IMG/VR virus record: IMGVR_UViG_3300037692_000137
Coordinates: 128,001 to 192,000 of that record
DNA: 64,000 nucleotides
Direction: 5' to 3' (one strand)
Source: a virus
Taxonomy: Duplodnaviria > Caudoviricetes
Shown here in pieces: positions 39,721 through 49,601 of this stretch. Under the pieces are notes generated by a model. The model was given only the letters and a program-made list of their open reading frames with translations, searched no databases and was not told the origin of the DNA. A program made the position numbers and the translations under genes. Positions within the stretch are counted from its first letter, which is position 1. Every line of letters starts with the position of its first letter.

Positions 39721-40449
39721 TTATTCAGATTTTTTAAACATATCTGCCATTGCCTGGCCTAGTTTATTGTATTTATTCTTCACGTCATCTGAAGGTGCCA
39801 TCTCCATGTTTAAAGCGGCTGATACAGCCTTAGTAGGATCTATATTAGCCGGTGGGGTGTCTCCTATAGCTTGATTTGAAGAACTATCGGCGGCGGCAGC
39901 AGCTTTAGTAGCTGCTTCCTCTTTAACTTTGGCTTCAGCGGCTGCAACAGCGGCTTTTTCATCAGCTTCTTTTTTAGCTGCTTCCATCTCAGCCAGAACA
40001 GCCTCTCTAATAGAAACCAACTCGTCTCTATAAGAAGCGAACTCCTCGTCAGACATCTCTCTAACTTTAGCGGCCTGGCCTTCTTTGTCCTTACGAACAA
40101 TACCGGCAACCTCTAACTCACTCATTCTGATTTCGGTAGCTTTATCTTTGTGCATCTTTTCTAACTCAGCCTCTACACCAGCTAATTTATCCGCAACAGT
40201 CGATGTCTCAAGTTTAGCTGCCTCAAGCTCACTTTTAAGATCGTCAACTGTTTTGGTTAGAGTAGCCACTGTTTCTTCTTTTACAAGAAGATCCGCGCTT
40301 TTTTCTTCTAAAGCGGTGGCCAGCTCATCAATGGTGTTAGCAGAGGTTTGAAGAGCTTCTTCCGTTTTCTGCTTCATGGCGGCCTCTTCTTTTTCTGAAA
40401 AGATTGCCTTTATTAAAACTTCGACATCTTTTTTGAATTTATCTTCCAT
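39721..40449 (-). CDS. Capsid scaffolding protein (242 aa)
   Basis: E/A/K-rich coiled coil just upstream of the capsid genes; AGGAGG RBS. Confidence 0.7.
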   Translation of the reverse strand: MEDKFKKDVEVLIKAIFSEKEEAAMKQKTEEALQTSANTIDELATALEEKSADLLVKEETVATLTKTVDDLKSELEAAKLETSTVADKLAGVEAELEKMHKDKATEIRMSELEVAGIVRKDKEGQAAKVREMSDEEFASYRDELVSIREAVLAEMEAAKKEADEKAAVAAAEAKVKEEAATKAAAAADSSSNQAIGDTPPANIDPTKAVSAALNMEMAPSDDVKNKYNKLGQAMADMFKKSE

Positions 40450-40548
40450 TTATAAACCTCCTAATGTTCTTTAAATATATAAAATTTAGAATTATTTTTT
40501 AATACCAACCTTTAATCCTTTTCCAAACCAACTAGTTTAAAAACCAAA

Positions 40549-40971
40549 CTACGGTAGCATCTGAGAAGCGCCAGTGTTGCCGCGGCAACTCATATTTGCT
40601 AAGTCAGGATTTACGCCTAACTGTGCGTGAACAACTACAACTGTATCTCCGGCTGCAGCTGTTGAACACACTAAAGTAACTACATTATTTACTTTATCTT
40701 TTGATATATAACAACTACCTACGTCACCTTCGGGAGTAGCTACAAATTTACCATAAGAAGCCAGGTCATAACCATGAAATTTAATACCGCTAGCAACAAC
40801 AACTGACGTTGTTCCGCTGACTACAGTGATTTCATCTGCCCACAAATAAGGGACTGAGTGGTTATTACCTAAATTACGGTAAGTTATAGTAGCTCTATCA
40901 TCACCCATTATCTTACATACTTTAGGTGTGCTGGCTCTTTCACCAGTCAACGGTTGTCCGATAGAACCCAT
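40549..40971 (-). CDS. Hypothetical virion protein (140 aa)
   Basis: AGGAGG RBS; beta-rich; in head module. Confidence 0.55.
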   Translation of the reverse strand: MGSIGQPLTGERASTPKVCKIMGDDRATITYRNLGNNHSVPYLWADEITVVSGTTSVVVASGIKFHGYDLASYGKFVATPEGDVGSCYISKDKVNNVVTLVCSTAAAGDTVVVVHAQLGVNPDLANMSCRGNTGASQMLP

Positions 40972-40997
40972 AATTTAATCCTCCTTAACTTATTTTA

Positions 40998-42137
40998 TTA
41001 ATATAAACCTTGTTTAGCCTTGCTAACTTTATTCATTAAGTTATCAATCAACTGGCTGCGCTTAACTTCTGACTCTTTCTTATTTAACAACTCATTTACA
41101 TACGCGGTGGCAATCGCTGGTATCTGGTTTCTTAGACATTCAGGGTCAGAAGTATCCCTAGAAAAAGAAGTGCACGACCTATCATAAGCTGTACACCAAT
41201 TTTCTTTCATAATGTTACTATCTTGATCTTGTGTTATACTATCTGTAAGTCTTTTTTTGTAATTTATACATATCCCAATTGTGTCTGTATATACTAACTC
41301 AGAATTTTCTTTACTAGCACTACCTGATTTATCTGCTTCTATATTAGGTAAGGTTACATTATTAGCTATTTCAATTACTTTGTCATAATTCAATACTAAT
41401 ATGTTGTCGGGAGTTGTTTTGTCTAGGCCATTTTGGGTAGCGGTCTCTAAAATTACAGAAGGTGGATTAGCCGGATTTTTAACAATACCTACACCAGAGA
41501 AGCATATACCTCTAAGGACCCTTGCAGCTTTACCACTGGCTATTTCAACACCTTTCTTTATCACTTTAACCATAGTGCCAAAAGCCGCTGAATTTTCTGT
41601 AGGAAAACCCAGTAGGTCTGCCTCTTTCTTATCCAATATTAGATTACCTATTTTTACGTCATAGTTTTGGTAATAAGCTTCCATACTTACTTTCCACTGA
41701 CTTTCAGCTACTTCTTTAGCTATGTTAGGGAATCTACTTTTATAGATAATACCAGCTATCAGTATATGCATATCTGAAGTATCCAATGACGCTTTTTCCA
41801 TATTAGCTAACTCTTGAACATCCAACTTATTACCGGCGGCGTCTACAAAAGCATAGTCATAGATATGCCCTATAATTTCAGCCTCCTCATGTTCTACATC
41901 TACTGCCTTACTAGTTATTGACCCAGCAGCGAGTACCAGTTCTGATGGCAAAAAGTGTGCTAAGTTTAGGTTAGTACCACTACTAACAAATAATGCACTA
42001 AAGTATTGAAGATCTGGTTGTTTATTGCTTTTGTCTGGAAGCTTAATTACAGAGGAGGCCTCTTTTCTGAGAGCCTCAGTCTCTTCAACCAAATCTATTT
42101 TGGCCTCCATATAAAATTTATTATTAATTTCGTTCAC
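40998..42137 (-). CDS. Prohead maturation protease (379 aa)
   Basis: HEEAEIIGH, VSMEAY (Ser), R.LRGICFSGVGIVKNPA; Cys-rich C-terminal extension. Confidence 0.75.
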   Translation of the reverse strand: MNEINNKFYMEAKIDLVEETEALRKEASSVIKLPDKSNKQPDLQYFSALFVSSGTNLNLAHFLPSELVLAAGSITSKAVDVEHEEAEIIGHIYDYAFVDAAGNKLDVQELANMEKASLDTSDMHILIAGIIYKSRFPNIAKEVAESQWKVSMEAYYQNYDVKIGNLILDKKEADLLGFPTENSAAFGTMVKVIKKGVEIASGKAARVLRGICFSGVGIVKNPANPPSVILETATQNGLDKTTPDNILVLNYDKVIEIANNVTLPNIEADKSGSASKENSELVYTDTIGICINYKKRLTDSITQDQDSNIMKENWCTAYDRSCTSFSRDTSDPECLRNQIPAIATAYVNELLNKKESEVKRSQLIDNLMNKVSKAKQGLY

Positions 42138-42211
42138 AATTAAACCTCCGGATAATTATATAATAACTTCTTATTTAAATACTTAAACTTTATACTTACT
42201 TAGTAAGTTAG

Positions 42212-44014
42212 TTAATTATTGTTCCTAATAGAATCCAATTGCTGTAAAAAAGTATTGTACTCTTCTTCTGATAAATCTTTTACTATGTATTCTAGCGTGT
42301 TCAACGATGCTTCTGACTTAGGTGTTTTTGCAGGTTTTTTAGTTAATTTCTGTGGGTCTGTTTCTTTTTTATTAGTTGGTGATGTGACTTTACCAGATGG
42401 TCTACCATTGGAGGGTGTTCCAATAGGAGCACCTTGCACATCTTGTGTTTTAGCTTGCTGCCATGGGCTACCAACAATACCAAATATACCATCCTGCACT
42501 AATTGAAATTCGTTTGTCATGTTACTGAGCTCATTAGGATAATCAAAACCTAATAACTCAAGAGCTGTTTGGTAGCTAAGCATTCTTCTGTCCACTAATT
42601 GAGAAATGGTACTCATGTACAGAATTATGTCTTTTAATATACTATTATCCCATCTAACTTTTGGGAATCTTTCAAATCCCATAGCCTCTGCTATCTGTCT
42701 AAACTCTTTATACAGCCAGCGACTAACTTGTCTACGGGCATACTCAATTTCTTCTAGTATGCCTTTAATAGCCATGTTCACACTATCGGAACTAAATTCC
42801 CCTACACCGTCTATAAGTGCTCTAGTCATACCAAGACCGCCAGTAATATCCTCATTAACTTGTTCATACTTGGCTTTTCCTAAAATAGAGCTAATTTCGG
42901 GACTAACTATCTTCTCTACCTTCAGAGTGTGATTCCATACAACATCAAAAGACTTACTTGGGGTATTAAATAAGTCAGCTACAGCCTCTAACTCTGCCTG
43001 AGATGTTACAGGAAATTCATCATTACCAATAGTTATTTTTAGTATGTAATTAGATATACCATCTAATGTACTTAAGTCAGCCTCACGTAATGCTTTCTTG
43101 TAGTTTAATGAGTCAAATATTCTGGTAAGTTTAGGTCTTGCATAGCGCTCATAAGGTTGTTTTCTATACGTAATTGTACTAACTAACCTAGAGTCTAGTT
43201 GTAGTTCTTTACCACTTTCAGCAGCAGCCCTTAAGTCACTTGGTAATGATTTAACTAACACTTTTTCTTCTTCTGTCATAGTGCTAGATGGCTTCTTAAG
43301 TAGATCTTTTAACTCTGTGGGGGCAGTTAATTTTACAGAAACACTGTCAAACAGTAAGTTGCCATCTATAGTCACTAAGGCTGGATTTAGAACTGTGTAG
43401 GCTATAGGAAGATGCCCTTTGGACCATATCTTTTTAGCAGCACCAGTTTCAAGATTGGCTGTCTTTTTTAGAGCTTTGCCGGGAGCTGGAGATAATGTGG
43501 ATACCCTAGGCTCATACTTTGCTATGACTTTGTAGGTGGTTACCTGACCTACCTTAAAGAAGTCTAAAAATATCCATTCTAAGACCTCATCCATGGCTAT
43601 GTCAAATACCCAAGTGTCATAAAAGTTTTTTATGTTCTCATCATCAATGTCTAATTCAAAACCTTTTACTGCCAAAGAAGCAAGTAGGTTAGTAGTAGTG
43701 CCTACAATAGGATCAGTGTAGTAGTACCTGATGGCCTTCTTATAAGCATCTTGTGGTGCTTCGTCGTAAGGATCTTTAGACAGCCCTATATCTAGTAAGG
43801 ACCTACTTATAGCATCTCTTGTTATAGTAGAGGCCTGTGACTTATGTACCCTTGGTGTTATAGCTGTCCCTGGTTGCTCTAAAAAAGCTAAGGACTTTTT
43901 AGTAGGTTGTAGATAAAAAGTTGATTTACCACTTACCTCATCCAGCTCTATACTTCTTATGCCTACATCAGGATACTTCTCTTGTAGCTCACTTGTTATT
44001 TTATTTAAATCCAT
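42212..44014 (-). CDS. Portal protein (600 aa)
   Basis: YYYTDPIVG, FFKVGQV, LKITIGNDEFP, EIEYARRQV..W, LELLGFD; between terminase and protease. Confidence 0.8.
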   Translation of the reverse strand: MDLNKITSELQEKYPDVGIRSIELDEVSGKSTFYLQPTKKSLAFLEQPGTAITPRVHKSQASTITRDAISRSLLDIGLSKDPYDEAPQDAYKKAIRYYYTDPIVGTTTNLLASLAVKGFELDIDDENIKNFYDTWVFDIAMDEVLEWIFLDFFKVGQVTTYKVIAKYEPRVSTLSPAPGKALKKTANLETGAAKKIWSKGHLPIAYTVLNPALVTIDGNLLFDSVSVKLTAPTELKDLLKKPSSTMTEEEKVLVKSLPSDLRAAAESGKELQLDSRLVSTITYRKQPYERYARPKLTRIFDSLNYKKALREADLSTLDGISNYILKITIGNDEFPVTSQAELEAVADLFNTPSKSFDVVWNHTLKVEKIVSPEISSILGKAKYEQVNEDITGGLGMTRALIDGVGEFSSDSVNMAIKGILEEIEYARRQVSRWLYKEFRQIAEAMGFERFPKVRWDNSILKDIILYMSTISQLVDRRMLSYQTALELLGFDYPNELSNMTNEFQLVQDGIFGIVGSPWQQAKTQDVQGAPIGTPSNGRPSGKVTSPTNKKETDPQKLTKKPAKTPKSEASLNTLEYIVKDLSEEEYNTFLQQLDSIRNNN

Positions 44015-44032
44015 AGCTTAGTCACCCTAATA

Positions 44033-44401
44033 TTAATATCTTGTAGATCTTTCATAAACTCTTACTTCGGAATCCTCACCAGTACTGATTATATACAAGG
44101 GCGCACTTGTTGTATCCTCCCACTCACCACCTGAACCAGCCACTAGTAGTCCGGAGGCGGCCAGTGTACCTGAAGTATACATTATTGCTACGTCAAAAGA
44201 ACCGGTGTTTATAACCTTTATATAAGTGCGGTTAAGTAGTGGGTTTGTAGGCAGTAGCGTAGCGGTGCCGCTAGTAACAGTCATGCTGGAAGTGACTACC
44301 TTACTGTAGTTATCTCTACGTCCTATCATATCATCTATCTCATACGGTGGTGGAACACCTATCGCTCTTGATCTTGTGTAATCGTCTGTCCATGAAGGCA
44401 T
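44033..44401 (-). CDS. Small beta-rich virion protein (122 aa)
   Basis: NRTYIKVINTG pattern of small jelly-roll proteins. Confidence 0.5.
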   Translation of the reverse strand: MPSWTDDYTRSRAIGVPPPYEIDDMIGRRDNYSKVVTSSMTVTSGTATLLPTNPLLNRTYIKVINTGSFDVAIMYTSGTLAASGLLVAGSGGEWEDTTSAPLYIISTGEDSEVRVYERSTRY

Positions 44402-44414
44402 AATATGTATCTCC

Positions 44415-45377
44415 TTAAAATAAAGTGCTTATAGATACACCAGCACTATAGTTAGAATCTTTATCTAAATAAACTGTTGGGCCAATAAATAAGTTTTCCA
44501 TTAGAGGTAATAGTTTTCCTATATTATATTTAACTGGGGTAAAGTACATCAACTCAGTATCTGATGCTTTTGCGGCGCCGAATGCTATAAACTGCCAGTC
44601 GCTGTCCGCCCTTGTCTTACCGTAACTGAATATACCTAAGTCTAAACCTACAGCAGTATCTGTACCAAATATACCAGAAAAGCCTATTCTTGGGCTATAC
44701 CAAAACTTCTTTTCTTTCTCGACCCTTTTAGCCCAGTTGTCTATTGTTAGGTCTATTGGAAACTTTTTATATGTACCATCCTCATTTTTACCTAATGATG
44801 ACCAATGGTTTTCTACCCATGCCTCAGCGTACCTTTTAGGGTTACCATCGTCATCTGTTGTTTCTACTATGTCAGTTTTTACTTCAAGTTTGTGTGGCTC
44901 TACCGACCAACGTTCTGCACCTTGTATGTTTGGGCTTAGCCTTACTACTGCTACAGGATATGGACTGCCTTCTGCGTCATTTAAGTTAACCGTTACTTCT
45001 TCTAAATCCCTTTTAGGGTTTTCAGGATCTTTATATGTGGTTGCTTTTGATAGCCAGTCAACTTTTCCTGAAAGTGTAGCAGTAACTTTACCTATCTCAT
45101 CGACACGCTCGTTGTTAGCCTTTATAGTTTTTAGCAACACACTATTTTGGGCCGCTAGTTGTTCTGTTAGTTTTTTGATATCAGCATTATTAGCTGCCAC
45201 TGTAGCTACGGCAGCGTTAGTAGCTATGTTTTCTATTGTGGTAATATCCACAGGGTTCTTGTCGTCGCGCCCGGTAAAATTACTTACCATTTTAGGTATT
45301 TCCATAAATAGAAATACTACCAGAGCTATTAATGCCAGCGACTTAGTTATGTCAAATATACTTGAATCTAATTTCAT
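44415..45377 (-). CDS. Membrane protein, possible spanin (N-terminal TM, coiled coil, beta-rich C-terminus ending in Phe) (320 aa)
   Basis: SLALIALVVFLFM TM; overlaps the holin-like gene; C-terminus YSAGVSISTLF. Confidence 0.4.
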   Translation of the reverse strand: MKLDSSIFDITKSLALIALVVFLFMEIPKMVSNFTGRDDKNPVDITTIENIATNAAVATVAANNADIKKLTEQLAAQNSVLLKTIKANNERVDEIGKVTATLSGKVDWLSKATTYKDPENPKRDLEEVTVNLNDAEGSPYPVAVVRLSPNIQGAERWSVEPHKLEVKTDIVETTDDDGNPKRYAEAWVENHWSSLGKNEDGTYKKFPIDLTIDNWAKRVEKEKKFWYSPRIGFSGIFGTDTAVGLDLGIFSYGKTRADSDWQFIAFGAAKASDTELMYFTPVKYNIGKLLPLMENLFIGPTVYLDKDSNYSAGVSISTLF

Positions 45378-45652
45378 TTATCAGTATCCATACCGTCAGA
45401 ATCTTCTGTTAGTGATGTCTTTGCTATAATACGTGTTGTAGCTAAAGTTATAAAACCGCCTGACAAAAAACTTAGCCCTAACGTAGCGGATATCCAAGGC
45501 TCACCTTGTTTCAATCCTTCATTAAACATACCATATACAATAGGTGCATAAATAAAAAGTAACCATTGGTATTTAACGGAGGCTACATTTCTCAAGCATT
45601 TTTGTATCCAAGCATCCCAAAACGTTCTATTAAAAATTGTATACGTCTCCAA
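45374..45652 (-). CDS. Putative holin (92 aa, two TM helices)
   Basis: WLLFIYAPIVYGMF and WISATLGLSFLSGGFITLA hydrophobic segments; acidic C-terminus; TTG start. Confidence 0.5.
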   Translation of the reverse strand: METYTIFNRTFWDAWIQKCLRNVASVKYQWLLFIYAPIVYGMFNEGLKQGEPWISATLGLSFLSGGFITLATTRIIAKTSLTEDSDGMDTDK

Positions 45653-45712
45653 CGTGTTATTCCCCTAGATATAATATGCTATTAAATTAATAAATCTTTA
45701 TTTATATAGAGG

Positions 45713-47443
45713 TTACTTTATTTTTTTCTTTAATATAGCCATAGATATATTAGGATTACCTACTGCCGCGGTAGCAGTTCTGGATATCTCTCTAAAAGAA
45801 GCATTTGGGCTTCTTTCTCTAACCATACCACCACAACTATGTAATACAGGATCTAAAACAGTATCCACCGGCTTACTTAATTCTTTTGCTCCATACCCAG
45901 CTAAAATTAAAGAAGAGTATAAGTCTTTGTTTTGTCCTTTCTTAGGTGTGTCAAAATGTAGAACGCCACTGCCAGTTTGAGTTAATATAATACTGAGCAG
46001 TTGTTTTTTAAGTTCATATATGGCTGCGTATTGCTCATCTAATTGATCAGACCCGTCCGGCATGCGCTCTGGAAATAGTAAAAGTCTGTCTTCAAACAAG
46101 GATAATGTTGAATAGTTAGCTTCTTGTATCCACTGTGGCGTAAAATTTATTAACTCTAATATATGCTTGCCTTTCCAATGAGAATGATCTAGATTAGTTC
46201 TATCTATAATAGGTGTTGCACCATTATAACCTTCTTCTAACAAATCACATATAGCTTTACCACCGCCGGCCTTATCCATATATATACGAATAACATTATA
46301 GGTTTTGCAAACACTCTGTAAAGTAGTCACCATACTTTGTGTCGTGCCATTCTTTACTTCTAACATATTTACTATTCTATTTGGTTGTCCTAATTTAACT
46401 ATGGACACACCACAGCTTGCTGAGCCACCTTGATTAGGGTCTACGCCAATGACATATTCAGCCTTACTATCTCCACTTAGTTCTAAGTAGTGCCCACTGT
46501 TACTTGTACATGCTTCTAGCATAGAAGCTTTAAAAAAGCCTTCGGAATCAGACACCATCTCTGCTTCATATTCCATACGAAATTCATGGTCAGACATTAC
46601 CCGGCGGGCCTCTTCAATGTTGTTCTCGTCCAAGAAACCTTTTGGTAAAAACCAGTGAGGTATCTGATGCACCATAACATTAGACCCTTCTTCACCTTCC
46701 TGTATAATTTTATCCCAATACGCACGCATACGCCTATACATATGATTGAATTTATAGAAACCAGAAGAAGTCATTACCATCTTATTAACCTGCTCATCAT
46801 CAAAGTCCTCTTCTGTGGCTAGTCCGGACTCAATTAGCAAACGCATCTGCTCAAGGCGTCTAACATTAGCCATAGGATCTTGCTTTGTAGCTCCCATAGG
46901 CCGGAGAACCATATCTAATATCTTATCTGGAACTTGAGCCAACTCATCAATACATATTAAATAAAAACGGGAACCACGTATTTTGGCGCCATCATTACCT
47001 AACGGTATAGCCTCAATAAAAGAACCATTACTAGAACCAACTGATTTAAATTTAAGATAAGCGGTGTCAGATCCTCTAATTGGTTTCTTTTCTGTGGCTT
47101 CCCTGAGGATGGCTGATTTTGTATAGTGTTTTTCTACTTCGGAAAAAATCATTTTGGACTGTCTAAAGGAGGGACCTACTAAGCCAACCCTATACCCTGG
47201 GTATAGCATAGCACGTAGTGCGGCTAGTGTACCTAAAAGAAAGGACTTACCAAAACCACGGCCGGCCACGGTAATTGTATAGTCTCTAAACCACATATCT
47301 TCAAATACGATACGTTGTATAGGAGCTAAATCTACGCCAAGTAAGTCATAGGCGGCGATACAAGGATTATTTCTGTAGAATTCTATTAACATAGGACCCT
47401 GCCCCATTACAGCGTCCATCATTCTACCTTTCTTAGGAGCCAT
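45713..47443 (-). CDS. terL: Terminase large subunit (576 aa)
   Basis: Walker A AGRGFGKS, Walker B LICIDE, RG motif, nuclease GVDP and KDLYSSL. Confidence 0.93.
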   Translation of the reverse strand: MAPKKGRMMDAVMGQGPMLIEFYRNNPCIAAYDLLGVDLAPIQRIVFEDMWFRDYTITVAGRGFGKSFLLGTLAALRAMLYPGYRVGLVGPSFRQSKMIFSEVEKHYTKSAILREATEKKPIRGSDTAYLKFKSVGSSNGSFIEAIPLGNDGAKIRGSRFYLICIDELAQVPDKILDMVLRPMGATKQDPMANVRRLEQMRLLIESGLATEEDFDDEQVNKMVMTSSGFYKFNHMYRRMRAYWDKIIQEGEEGSNVMVHQIPHWFLPKGFLDENNIEEARRVMSDHEFRMEYEAEMVSDSEGFFKASMLEACTSNSGHYLELSGDSKAEYVIGVDPNQGGSASCGVSIVKLGQPNRIVNMLEVKNGTTQSMVTTLQSVCKTYNVIRIYMDKAGGGKAICDLLEEGYNGATPIIDRTNLDHSHWKGKHILELINFTPQWIQEANYSTLSLFEDRLLLFPERMPDGSDQLDEQYAAIYELKKQLLSIILTQTGSGVLHFDTPKKGQNKDLYSSLILAGYGAKELSKPVDTVLDPVLHSCGGMVRERSPNASFREISRTATAAVGNPNISMAILKKKIK

Positions 47444-47967
47444 TATTCGTCGTTCTCCTTTTTAACATGTCCATCGACGTCATATTTATTACCAGGATTT
47501 TCCATAATTAATTTTTTAGACATTTCGTCTTCTTCTTTAAGTTGTCTTACTTTGCTCTCTAGTGTGCCACGTTTGGTTTGGTCATATGCAAAAGCTAGGT
47601 CTACTATGGAAAAGCCTTTATGCTCATTAGGGTTAATTCTATCTTTTCTTCTGGAAGATAAGCTCTCTTTAATTTTTTCTGTTTGTTTACGTAGTTTTTC
47701 TATACTTGCTGTTATGTCTAGTTGGCGATTAGCATCCCCTTTACTGGTGCGTAGTAATCTTATTTCTAAAACCTTATTAGTGGCCAAGGTCATTACGTCA
47801 TCTAAGTCACTTGCTGACAAGTCCTCATCATCGAAGTCTTTTATGTAGATATCTACTAGTGATGTATAGATATTAAGCTCGTCTTCGGCGAATATTTCCC
47901 CTACAGGCATAATCTCTGTTAAAAGTTGCCTAACGCTGGGCGGGTTTTTTGGTCTTCCTGCTGCCAT
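47443..47967 (-). CDS. Putative terminase small subunit (174 aa)
   Basis: Overlaps terL start; MAAGRPK N-terminus; helical with coiled coil. Confidence 0.6.
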   Translation of the reverse strand: MAAGRPKNPPSVRQLLTEIMPVGEIFAEDELNIYTSLVDIYIKDFDDEDLSASDLDDVMTLATNKVLEIRLLRTSKGDANRQLDITASIEKLRKQTEKIKESLSSRRKDRINPNEHKGFSIVDLAFAYDQTKRGTLESKVRQLKEEDEMSKKLIMENPGNKYDVDGHVKKENDE

Positions 47968-47968
47968 G

Positions 47969-48385
47969 TTATATATCCATATAGTCGTTTATATCAATAC
48001 CTAACTCCGTGCAACGTTCTTTAAGTAGTAATATTGTTTCCGGTGTTAAATCATGACTAAAATAATCTATGTTATCCCCATAAACTAGCTCTGTTTTGCG
48101 AGTATTACGCATAGACCTATCAGTCAATATGTCTTCAAACTCATCTAATTCTTCTCTAATATCTGTAATCCAAGAGCATAAGCTGTCGTCGTCTGATCGA
48201 CAGTATTTATTAATTAGCTCTGTGGACAAAGGGTTAAGACGCCTAAAGTAGATCATCAATGTTCTTGATATTTTATTTTTAGTTTCTTGTGTATGTAGTT
48301 GCCCTTTTTTAGACTCACTTATTGCCATTTTACTGATATCGCTTAGTCTATACCCAGTAGGGCGACCGCGTTTTTTATTATTCAT
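47969..48385 (-). CDS. NUMOD3-motif DNA-binding protein (138 aa)
   Basis: GRPTGYRLSDISKMAISESKKGQLHTQETKNKISRT; no nuclease motif seen. Confidence 0.55.
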   Translation of the reverse strand: MNNKKRGRPTGYRLSDISKMAISESKKGQLHTQETKNKISRTLMIYFRRLNPLSTELINKYCRSDDDSLCSWITDIREELDEFEDILTDRSMRNTRKTELVYGDNIDYFSHDLTPETILLLKERCTELGIDINDYMDI

Positions 48386-48707
48386 TATCTACCTCCTGAA
48401 CAGCAGCATATACTTTACAACTTGAGCATATAATACCTACGGTAGTCTTATTAACATATTTAATGGTGCCACAGTTTGTGCATTTAACAAACTTACTTCT
48501 ACTATCTTTTTTAGGCTTAGAGAACGTAAAAGGTAGATTACCATAAGTATCCATACACTTACTTTCTCTCTGTATACGCGCGTTATGCTGAGCCACACCA
48601 CCATGAGGGTCATACCTACGTCCAGTAACTCCTGGAGTTAATTCCTGTTTACCTACATCGGAGTTAATAACACCTTTAGTTAAATCTTTAATAAACTCAT
48701 TATTCAT
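48378..48707 (-). CDS. Zn-ribbon protein (109 aa)
   Basis: CTNC...CSSC. Confidence 0.55.
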   Translation of the reverse strand: MNNEFIKDLTKGVINSDVGKQELTPGVTGRRYDPHGGVAQHNARIQRESKCMDTYGNLPFTFSKPKKDSRSKFVKCTNCGTIKYVNKTTVGIICSSCKVYAAVQEVDNE

Positions 48708-49275
48708 TAACTTGCCTCTTAAAATATACCTCTATACATTTTTTAGATGCTACGTAATCAGATAAATAAACACATAATTCCTCTGGTGTAAACTCAGACA
48801 AAGGCTTTTTCCACGCGCCTGAGGACCAAGGACCATAGTGGTGACCTACAGCATTACGTATAATAGTGAAAGATTTATCACTTAGTATTTGTGTAGCCTC
48901 CTGCACCTCTTCTACAAGCTTGGCTCCAAGTAGTGGGTGAGTTTTAGCAGTATGACCAGACTTTTCTAAACCTTGTTTTCTTAAATCATGTATTATAGCA
49001 GCTGATAAAATCTCATCTCTATTATCTTCGCAGTCCAACCCTCTGCTTAATTCATAAGCAACTGTAAACACTTTCTTTGTATGTAAAATAGTCCCATCAG
49101 GACCTAACTCAGATATTGGATGATATTTACCAGTACTACTGGCTGGACAGTCCAAAAAAATATAATCAGGGGCCGACATGATACACAAACGTGTGAACTC
49201 TCTTATCGACGGATCAAATATTAACTCTAATTCCTGTTCAAAAACTACTACTTTATCGTCTGGTGTAATACCCAT
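48700..49275 (-). CDS. HD-domain phosphohydrolase (191 aa)
   Basis: PASSTGKYH, LHTKKV, AAIIHDLRK, HP, GHHYGPW, SDYVAS. Confidence 0.8.
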   Translation of the reverse strand: MGITPDDKVVVFEQELELIFDPSIREFTRLCIMSAPDYIFLDCPASSTGKYHPISELGPDGTILHTKKVFTVAYELSRGLDCEDNRDEILSAAIIHDLRKQGLEKSGHTAKTHPLLGAKLVEEVQEATQILSDKSFTIIRNAVGHHYGPWSSGAWKKPLSEFTPEELCVYLSDYVASKKCIEVYFKRQVNE

Positions 49276-49284
49276 TTAAAAACC

Positions 49285-49515
49285 TCACCTTGATTTCAGA
49301 GTGTAGTCATCACTCTCTAAGTTAATTTTCTCTACTCTTGTTGATTGGTGGTGGGGGTTATAGCCAGCCTGCGGGAAAGTGCCGCCTACACCCCTATAGT
49401 TTCTTGGGTAAGTGTCAAATTTAATAAACCTGTCTTTTTTATCAGTGCTTAGCGGATATCTTTCTTGCATTTTTATAAATGTAGGTTCTCTAAATTCACT
49501 AATGTCTATAGGCAT
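49285..49515 (-). CDS. Hypothetical protein (76 aa)
   Basis: GGAGG RBS. Confidence 0.5.
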   Translation of the reverse strand: MPIDISEFREPTFIKMQERYPLSTDKKDRFIKFDTYPRNYRGVGGTFPQAGYNPHHQSTRVEKINLESDDYTLKSR

Positions 49516-49542
49516 AATTAGTAACCCTCCAGGTTAAGTTTA

Positions 49543-49590
49543 TTAACAACCACCTTTCTTACCACCCTTCTTAGTGTCTTTCTTAGCCAT
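49543..49590 (-). CDS. 15-aa basic peptide MAKKDTKKGGKKGGC (not in ORF track)
   Basis: ATG at 49588-49590 with AAGGGG 7 nt upstream, TAA at 49543-49545; fills the intergenic gap. Confidence 0.5.
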   Translation of the reverse strand: MAKKDTKKGGKKGGC

Positions 49591-49601
49591 AGTAAAACCC
49601 C

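Noticed and set aside
45713-47443. Intein or intron in terminase
   Set aside because: Normal length, continuous motifs, no splicing signatures.
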